Below are positions 57,304 through 64,000 of a DNA stretch of 64,000 nt, piece after piece. The notes under the pieces are model-generated. The model did no database searches. It was not told the DNA's origin and was given only the letters and a program-made list of their open reading frames with translations. The position numbers were made by a program, and so were the translations under genes. Source of the DNA: Klebsiella pneumoniae (lineage in GTDB: Bacteria; Myxococcota_A; UBA796; SXON01); assembly GCA_945862325.1 (NCBI GenBank), contig CAMAXZ010000019.1, positions 6,205-70,204 on the forward strand. Direction: 5' to 3'. Every line of letters starts with the position of its first letter. The stretch's first letter is position 1.

Positions 57304-59607
57304 TCACCGCGCCCGCAGCCGCTCCATGAGGGCGGCTTCGGGCGCCGGCCTCCCGTAGTGGAAGCCCTGGAGACGGGTGCAGCCGAGCCCACGGAGCTGT
57401 GCGGCCTGCTCCGGGCGCTCGACGCCCTCGGCGACGATCGCGCGGCCGAGCTCGGCCGCGAACCGAATCACCGCGCGGCACGTGGCGCCCTGGTCGGTGA
57501 GCAGACCGGCGACGAAGCTGCGGTCGATCTTGACGATCTGGATCGGCAGCCGCTCGAGCCGGCTCAAGGACGAGTATCCCAGGCCGAAGTCGTCGAGCGC
57601 GAACTGCACGCCGAGGGCGCCGAGCGCCGCCATGTCGGCGTTCCAGCGGCGCTCGTTCCTGGAGAACAGCGACTCGGTCAGCTCGATGCACAGGCTCGAC
57701 GGGGGGAGGCCCGACGCGCGGAGCGCCGCGCCGACGTCGGCGACGAAGTCCTCGGCGTCGAACCGGCGTGCCGATTGATTGACCGACATGGAGAGGCCCG
57801 GGGCGAGCGCCCGCAAGCGGACGGCGGCCGCGCACGCGCGATGCAGGACGTACCGGTCGATCTCTTCGATCAGCCGGCTCTGCTCCGCGGTGGCGATGAG
57901 CGTGTCCGTGGGGACGGCGCCGCGCCCGGGGTGCGTCCAGCGGGTGAGGGCTTCGACGCCCACGATCCGCTCGGTCGTCGCGTCGACGATGGGCTGGTAC
58001 CACACGTCGAGCTCCTCGCGCGCGATGGCCTCGCGGAGATCCTCCTCGATCGACAGGCGGTCGCTCATGTCGGCGTGCTGCGCCGGATCGTAGACGACGA
58101 ACGTGTTTCGTCCCGCACCTTTGGCGTGGTACATCGCCGTGTCCGCGTCGCGCAGGAGGCGGTCGCGGTCCCCGTCCGAGCGCGGGAACGCCACACCGAC
58201 GCTCGCCGTGATGTCGAGCTGCCCCGCGCCGAACGGCACCGGCTCCTGCAAGCGGGCGAGGAGTCCGCGTACCCGGTCGAGCGCGGCGGGCGGGTCGACG
58301 TCGTCGAGCAGCACGGCGAATTCGTCGCCGCCGAGGCGGGCGATCGTGTCCGTCGCGCGAAAGGACTTGCGGAGCTTCTCCGCCGTCGACACGATCGCCA
58401 CGTCCCCCGCCGCGTGACCGAGGCGGTCGTTGATGGCCTTCAAGCGGTCGACGTCGACGAGCAGCAGGGCGATGCGCGGGGCTTCGCGGCGACGCAGGGC
58501 GCGCGCGAGCGCGAGGTCGACGCGGTCGTTGAGCAGCGTCCGGTTCGCCGCGCCGGTGAGCGGGTCGTGCAGGGCCTCGTGGCGCAGGCGCTCCGCGTCG
58601 GCGTCGCCCCGGTCGAGCAGGGCGTTGATCGCCGCGGCGAGCTCGTCGAGCTCGTCGTCGCTGCTCACGGGGAGCCGCGCCCCGGCTGGCGCGCGCCGCT
58701 GCCGGATCCGGTGCGCGAGGTCGCTGAAGCTCGCGATGCGGCGCAACATGCCGCGGTTCAGCACGACCCAGAGCACGCCGATCGACACGGCCGTCGCGGC
58801 GCCGAGCGAGCCGAGCAGCACGACGGCGGAGAGGAGGTCGTCGCCGGCGGGGCGAGGTTCGACGGCGACATGTCCGAAGGGCACGCCATCGAGCACGATC
58901 GCGCTGCGCGCGGCGGTCGGGCTGTCCGAGGGCGCGGCCGTGAGAGTGAAGTCGACGCCGGTGCGCGTGACCATTCGGGCGACGCGCTTCGCGTCGAGCG
59001 CGCGCGCGAAGACGACGTAGCCGGTGAGCGGCGCCATGGTGAGCGGATCGAACGCGGGGGAAGACGCGTAGATCCAGGCGGTGCCGTCGCGCCACAGCAC
59101 GCCCTCCGGGTACGCGAGCGGGGAGGGGAGCCCGTTCTCGAGGAGGAGCGCGGCGGCGGCGTCTCGAGCCGCGTCGTCTCGAGCCGCGCCGTCGGGCGCC
59201 ACCGCCCCGTAGACACGGTTGCCGCGGCGGTCGAGCAGCACGACGACGTCGACCTGCTCGAGCTCGAACGTCTCGTCGGTGAGGTGGAGGCCGATGTAGG
59301 GGGCCGGATCGCCTTGCAGGTACGCCGCCGTGGGCGCCCATCGGCCGTAGTCCTTCGCCGCGACTCGAACCTCCTCGACGGCGTCGGCCACGATCGTCGC
59401 GGCCCGCGCGACGCGCGCCTCGGCCATGTCGCGCTCGATGGCCCGCTCGCGGGCGTGGAGCGTGCCGTTCGCGATGGCGAAGGTCGCTCCGGCGGTCAGC
59501 GTGGAGGACAGGAGCACGGCGCCGAGCACCCGGGTGCGCAGGCTGCGCGGCGGCGCCACGAGCGGGGGAGGGCGCGGCCGAGGCACGTGCTCGACTAACC
59601 CGAGCAC
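57304..59607 (-). CDS. CHASE4-like/HAMP/GGDEF/EAL c-di-GMP signalling protein
   Basis: Two TMs, DYGRW sensor start, DELDELA (HAMP), HDPLTG, RLGGDEF, EALTRW, DDFGLGYSS. Confidence 0.9.
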   Translation of the reverse strand: MLGLVEHVPRPRPPPLVAPPRSLRTRVLGAVLLSSTLTAGATFAIANGTLHARERAIERDMAEARVARAATIVADAVEEVRVAAKDYGRWAPTAAYLQGDPAPYIGLHLTDETFELEQVDVVVLLDRRGNRVYGAVAPDGAARDDAARDAAAALLLENGLPSPLAYPEGVLWRDGTAWIYASSPAFDPLTMAPLTGYVVFARALDAKRVARMVTRTGVDFTLTAAPSDSPTAARSAIVLDGVPFGHVAVEPRPAGDDLLSAVVLLGSLGAATAVSIGVLWVVLNRGMLRRIASFSDLAHRIRQRRAPAGARLPVSSDDELDELAAAINALLDRGDADAERLRHEALHDPLTGAANRTLLNDRVDLALARALRRREAPRIALLLVDVDRLKAINDRLGHAAGDVAIVSTAEKLRKSFRATDTIARLGGDEFAVLLDDVDPPAALDRVRGLLARLQEPVPFGAGQLDITASVGVAFPRSDGDRDRLLRDADTAMYHAKGAGRNTFVVYDPAQHADMSDRLSIEEDLREAIAREELDVWYQPIVDATTERIVGVEALTRWTHPGRGAVPTDTLIATAEQSRLIEEIDRYVLHRACAAAVRLRALAPGLSMSVNQSARRFDAEDFVADVGAALRASGLPPSSLCIELTESLFSRNERRWNADMAALGALGVQFALDDFGLGYSSLSRLERLPIQIVKIDRSFVAGLLTDQGATCRAVIRFAAELGRAIVAEGVERPEQAAQLRGLGCTRLQGFHYGRPAPEAALMERLRAR

Positions 59608-59634
59608 GAGAATCTATCGACGTTTGCAGGAATA

Positions 59635-59732
59635 TGTGATTCACAGCTTCCGTCGTTAGGCGCATGCTGCACGAAAAATGCTCGTGGTTTCAATGGTAAA
59701 GCTGCGATCCTCGGTGTGGCACGGTGATTGCT
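59635..59732 (+). promoter_or_regulatory. Sigma54 promoter with upstream palindrome
   Basis: TGGCACG-GTGA-TTGCT 59717-59732 is a near-perfect -24/-12 consensus; TGTGATTCACA 59635-59645; AT-richer spacer. Confidence 0.8.
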
Positions 59733-59759
59733 TTCGACGTGGTCGCACCTGGAGTCACC

Positions 59760-62039
59760 GTGTCTGCTACGATCCTGCTCCTCCTTCCGCACGCGTTCGC
59801 CGCCGATCTCACCCTCACGCACACGGCCATGGAGGTCGACGTCGCCGGGCCCCTCGCGGATCTCGTCGTCACCCAGACCTACACGAACCCGACCGACGCG
59901 TGGCTGGAAGCCACGTACGTGTTCCCGCTCCACGAGGACGGCGCGGTTCAGGGCCTCGTGATGCGCGTCGGCGACCGCGTGATCACGGGCGAGGTGATGG
60001 AGCGGCAGCAGGCCCGGCAGGCCTACGACAAGGCGAAGGGCGAGGGCCGGGCCGCCGCCCTCACCGACCAGGAGCGCCCGAACGTGTTCACGCAGCGGGT
60101 GGCGAACCTCCCGCCGAAGGGCACGATCGAGGTCGAGATCCACGTCGTGCAGCCGGTCGAGCGCGACGCCGGCGAGTGGGTGCTGACCCTGCCGCTCGTC
60201 GTCGGTCCGCGCTTCACGACCGCCGCGGTCGAGGACGCCTCGGCCATCACGCCGCCGGTCGCGCGCGCCGACACCGGCCACCGGGTCGACGTCGACGTCG
60301 CGATCGAGGTGGGCGCGCCGCTCGCGGGCATCCGGTCCCCGTCCCACCCCGAGCTCTCGATCCTGACGGACGAGACCGGCGCCGCGGTGATGGCGTCCGC
60401 GCTGCCGTCCACGCGCGACTTCACCCTGCGCTGGACCGTCGACGCCGACGAGCCGCGCGCCGCGGCGCTCGTCGACGGGGACCACCTGCTCCTCACCTTC
60501 GAGGGGCCGGAGTCCCCGGCCCGCGCGGAGATCGTGCCGCGGGAGCTGATCTGGGTCGTCGACTCGAGCTGCTCGATGCAAGGCGCGCCGATGACGATGG
60601 CGAAGAAGGCGATCCTGGCCGCGTTCGACGGCATGGACGCGCGCGACGCCTTCACCGTGCTCGACTTCAACGACTCCGTGAGCACCCTGTCGGCGCGGCC
60701 GGTCCCCGCCACGCCCGCCAACATCGCGACCGCCCGCGCCTGGGTGGCCGGCTTCACGGGCAACGGCGGCACCGACATGCTCAACGGCGTCAGGGCCGCC
60801 CTCGCGTACCCGGGGGAGCCGACGCGCGAGCGCTACGTCGCGTTCCTGACCGACGGCTACATCGGCGACGAAGACGCCGTGTTCGCGGCGGTGGAGGACG
60901 GCATCGGCGACGCGCGCCTCCACTCCTTCGGCATCGGCGGCAGCGTGAACCGCGCGCTGCTCGACGGTCTCGCCGACGCGGGGCGCGGCACGGTCACCTA
61001 CGTGGGGATCGACGAGGATCCGGCGGCGGCGGTCGAGCGGTTCCTCGACACGGTCGGCCAGCCCGTCCTCACCGACATCACGGTCGATTGGGGCGATTGG
61101 AAGGTGGAGTCTCCCTACCCGGCGCGCATCCCCGACCTGATGGCCGGCCAGCCGCTCCGCGTGTCCGCCAAGGTGGTGCGACGCGGCAAGAGCGCCGTCC
61201 GCGTCCGCGGGCGCCTGGGCGGAGGGACGTTCGACGAGGCGATCGCCGTGGTCGACGTGGGGCCCGACGGCGACGCGCTGGCGACGACCTGGGCGCGCGC
61301 GCGCATCGCCGATCTGTCGAAGGAGCAGCGCTGGGGCGAGGTGCCCGAGGTGGCCGCCGAGATCCTCCGTACCTCGCTCGAGTACGGGATCATGAGCCGT
61401 TACACGAGCTTCGTCGCGGTGGATCGCGTGGTGACCAACCGGACCGGGGCGGTCGCCGCGCGCGACGTGGCGGTCAACGTGCCCGACGGCGTGTCGTACG
61501 AGGCGGCGGTGTCGCGCGAGTATCTGCCCCCCGGCGACCCGCTGCTCACGGTCGAGGCGCCGGAGGACGCGCGCGCCGTCGTGGCGGTGTTCCCGTGGGG
61601 CGAGCGCGCCAGCCTGCGCTGGGACCCGCTGCGTGGCCGCTGGTTCCACCGTTTCCTCGTGCCCCGAGAGGTCGAGGACGGCCCGGCGAACATCGTGATC
61701 CTCGTGGTCGACGCCGAGGGCGAGGTCGAGCGGCGCGAGCAGCTCGTGCACATCGACGGCGAGGCCCCGGAGATCGAGGCGCTCGTGGAGATCGAGGACG
61801 GGTTCACGCGGGTGACGATCTACCCGGAGGAGCCGCTGCGCTCGGTGCAGATCGCCCCCGTCGGCGCGCCGGAGCTCCGCACCCGCCGCGAGCTCGGTCC
61901 CGACGACGACACCCACGCCGTCGTCATCGAGCTGCCCGGCCTGCACGAGGAGGTGTCGATCATCGCGAAGGACCGCGCGATGAACACGTTAACCGCCACC
62001 GCACACGCGGGCGACGCGTTCGCCGAGGAGGCAGAGTGA
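59760..62039 (+). CDS. Secreted VIT + vWA domain protein
   Basis: VTQTYTNP..EATYVFPL..A, NVFTQRVANL (VIT); VVDSSCSM, GGTDM, LTDG (vWA). Confidence 0.9.
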   Translation: MSATILLLLPHAFAADLTLTHTAMEVDVAGPLADLVVTQTYTNPTDAWLEATYVFPLHEDGAVQGLVMRVGDRVITGEVMERQQARQAYDKAKGEGRAAALTDQERPNVFTQRVANLPPKGTIEVEIHVVQPVERDAGEWVLTLPLVVGPRFTTAAVEDASAITPPVARADTGHRVDVDVAIEVGAPLAGIRSPSHPELSILTDETGAAVMASALPSTRDFTLRWTVDADEPRAAALVDGDHLLLTFEGPESPARAEIVPRELIWVVDSSCSMQGAPMTMAKKAILAAFDGMDARDAFTVLDFNDSVSTLSARPVPATPANIATARAWVAGFTGNGGTDMLNGVRAALAYPGEPTRERYVAFLTDGYIGDEDAVFAAVEDGIGDARLHSFGIGGSVNRALLDGLADAGRGTVTYVGIDEDPAAAVERFLDTVGQPVLTDITVDWGDWKVESPYPARIPDLMAGQPLRVSAKVVRRGKSAVRVRGRLGGGTFDEAIAVVDVGPDGDALATTWARARIADLSKEQRWGEVPEVAAEILRTSLEYGIMSRYTSFVAVDRVVTNRTGAVAARDVAVNVPDGVSYEAAVSREYLPPGDPLLTVEAPEDARAVVAVFPWGERASLRWDPLRGRWFHRFLVPREVEDGPANIVILVVDAEGEVERREQLVHIDGEAPEIEALVEIEDGFTRVTIYPEEPLRSVQIAPVGAPELRTRRELGPDDDTHAVVIELPGLHEEVSIIAKDRAMNTLTATAHAGDAFAEEAE

Positions 62040-63493
62040 TCCTCGTTTCCTCCTACGCGCTCGCGGCGCTGCCGCTGGGCTCCCTCGCGGAGGTGGCGGG
62101 GCTCGCCGTGGACGGCGAGCGGGTGATCGTGGACACCGGCGGCGGGGTGGCGGTCTACGCCGCTTCGGGGGCGCTGGTGGAGACACGCGCGCGGCGCGCG
62201 CCCGCGGTGTCGGCGGCGGACGCGGCAAAGGGCGTCGTGGAGCGCGCGCGCTGGGAGGGCCGCGACGTCGAGCTGACGATCGACGGTCGCCTCCGGGTGG
62301 GCGCGGCACCAGGAGGACCAGCGTTCGACGTCGATCTTCCAGGGCCGGGAGCGGACATGGCCGTGCGCGGCGACACCCTGCGGGTCGCCGCCACCGCGGG
62401 CGCGCTCGAGCTCGGCCCGCGCGGCGCCCGACGCCTCCGTGTGCTCGCCACGGCGGTCGGGGAGGGCAGCGCGTGGGGGGCCTGGGGCACGCTCGACGGC
62501 GCCGTCGTCGGCGACGACGGGCGGCGCGTCACGGCGGTGCCCGGCGGCGCCGTGACCGCGCTCGGCGGGCTGGGCGACGCATGGTTCGTCGGCACCACGA
62601 ACGGGCTGTGGCGCGTCGGCGACGGGGACACGCGCCGCGTGGATCCGGCGGGTCTCTGCGGAGGTTTCGTCACCGGGCTCACGCGTTGGCGCGGCGATCT
62701 CGTCGTCTCCACCTTCGACGGCGGCGCGTGTGTCGCGCGCGACGGGGCTTGGGAGTCGCTCCCCCTCCCGAGCCCGATGACCAACGACGCCCTCGCCGTC
62801 GGCGACACCCTCTGGATCGCCACCGCCGCCGGGCTCGTGGCCTTCGACGCCGCGGGCGCCCGCACCGTCGTGGGCGAGGTGCCGGACGAGGCCCCTCGCG
62901 GCGCCCCGGGCACCAACCACGACGGGGTGAACGGGCTCGCGGCCAACGGCGACGCGCTGTGGGCGGTGGACGTGCTCGGGCCGGTGAAGGTCGGCCCCGA
63001 AGGCTGGCAGCGCTACCGCTGGGCGGTCAGCGGGCACAGCTACCAGGCGGTCGCGGCGTGCGCGACCGGCGAGGTGTGGGTGGGCTCGGAGGACGACGGG
63101 CTCGCGGTCACCGGCGTTCCGTTCGGGAGGAGGAACGGTCGCTCGAGCTGGCGACACGTCAGCGTGTCCGACGGTCTCCCGGAGGACTGGGTGATGGCTG
63201 TGGCGTGCGCCGGGCGCGACGCCGCGTGGATCGGGACGTACCGCGAGGGCGTGGGCCGGATGGACGCGCGCGGCTGGCACCCCGTCGCGGGTCTCGAAGG
63301 CGCGTGGACCCAGGTGCTGGCGGTCGATGGCGCCGACCTGTGGGTCGGCACCGCCGACGGCGCCTGGGTCGTGCGCGACGGGGTCGCGACGCAGGTCAGC
63401 GTCGCCGACACGTGGGCGATCCTTCCGGAAGAAAGCGGTGTCTGGCTGGGAACACGGGCGGGGCTGGAGTGGGTGGGGCGCGGGCCGCGCTAG
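62036..63493 (+). CDS. Secreted beta-propeller protein
   Basis: Repeated WFVGTTNGL / LWIATAAGL / WVGSEDDGL / WIGTYREGV blades; GTGA overlap. Confidence 0.75.
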   Translation: MILVSSYALAALPLGSLAEVAGLAVDGERVIVDTGGGVAVYAASGALVETRARRAPAVSAADAAKGVVERARWEGRDVELTIDGRLRVGAAPGGPAFDVDLPGPGADMAVRGDTLRVAATAGALELGPRGARRLRVLATAVGEGSAWGAWGTLDGAVVGDDGRRVTAVPGGAVTALGGLGDAWFVGTTNGLWRVGDGDTRRVDPAGLCGGFVTGLTRWRGDLVVSTFDGGACVARDGAWESLPLPSPMTNDALAVGDTLWIATAAGLVAFDAAGARTVVGEVPDEAPRGAPGTNHDGVNGLAANGDALWAVDVLGPVKVGPEGWQRYRWAVSGHSYQAVAACATGEVWVGSEDDGLAVTGVPFGRRNGRSSWRHVSVSDGLPEDWVMAVACAGRDAAWIGTYREGVGRMDARGWHPVAGLEGAWTQVLAVDGADLWVGTADGAWVVRDGVATQVSVADTWAILPEESGVWLGTRAGLEWVGRGPR

Positions 63494-64000
63494 AGATCCG
63501 GTCCCGACAGGATCCACGCCGCCCCGGCGTTGGTCCCGTTGGTGTCGTCGCGCTCGGCGCCGACCGCCACGTCCGCGCGGCCATCGCCGTCGAGGTCGCC
63601 CACGAAGGCGCCGCTCACCCGGTCGAGGTCCGCGGTCCCGAAGCGGCTCGACGCGCCGGCGATCGACCATGAGCCGCGCGAGAACGGGCCGGCGCCGTAG
63701 AACGCGGAGCCCGGCAGGTCGATCGTCGTCGTGTAGTCGGGCGCGAGCAGCGCGGCCGAGGCGCCCGCGAGGAGCAGGAGGTCGTCCGCCCCGTCTCGAT
63801 CGAGGTCGGGCCCGACGACGACGTCCACCCCGGCGTTGGCGTACACGCCGCCGGTCATCACGGTCATGTCCGCGGCGCCGAGGTCCACCGCGCCGCCGAG
63901 CGGGCCGAAGGACGCCCAGGCGACGGCGTCGACGCTCCGCTCCGCGTCGAACGTGGCGCCGAGCACGAGGTCCGTCTCCCCGTCTCCGTCGAGGTCTCCG
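63490..64000 (-). CDS. FG-GAP/integrin-alpha repeat protein, C-terminal part (5' end outside the window)
   Basis: DLDGDGETDLVLGA, DLDRDGADDL, GDLDGDGRADVAVGA..GAAWI. Confidence 0.85.
   Translation of the reverse strand, partial: GDLDGDGETDLVLGATFDAERSVDAVAWASFGPLGGAVDLGAADMTVMTGGVYANAGVDVVVGPDLDRDGADDLLLLAGASAALLAPDYTTTIDLPGSAFYGAGPFSRGSWSIAGASSRFGTADLDRVSGAFVGDLDGDGRADVAVGAERDDTNGTNAGAAWILSGPDL

Noticed and set aside
59678-62035. N-terminal extension giving a 1271-aa version of the propeller gene
   Set aside because: The extension is a shadow frame over the VIT-vWA gene; the real start is most likely GTG 62036 after GAGGAGG

Overview
Very GC-rich, densely coding bacterial chromosome segment with Myxococcota-like traits: MYXO-CTERM-type C-termini, Asp-rich DCDD/NGxDxDCDG repeat lipoproteins, a Hanks-type kinase and an FHA protein. 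About 60 genes. Housekeeping islands are prs-rplY-pth-rpsF-rplI-dnaB, murG, guaA, moaD-moaE-trmB and slyD. Accessory loci: (i) a coupled operon of PflX-like radical SAM (partial), Ycf46-type AAA ATPase, DUF1257-like, TPR, DUF2997-like, a Zn-ribbon/pseudo-signal-peptidase membrane protein and PilT; (ii) a membrane Ser/Thr kinase with a C-terminal helix-hairpin-helix domain; (iii) a CusCBA-type Cu/Ag efflux operon preceded by a Cys/His-rich ORF with a C-terminal RAPP ribosome-arrest-like motif, where two anti-SD segments can mask the next RBS (my top candidate for a new regulatory system); (iv) two adjacent genes sharing a 'half-TolC'-like module; (v) two sigma54-type promoters with palindromic upstream sites. 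I found no tRNA, rRNA, CRISPR array or transposase. All family calls come from reading motifs by eye; no database search was run.
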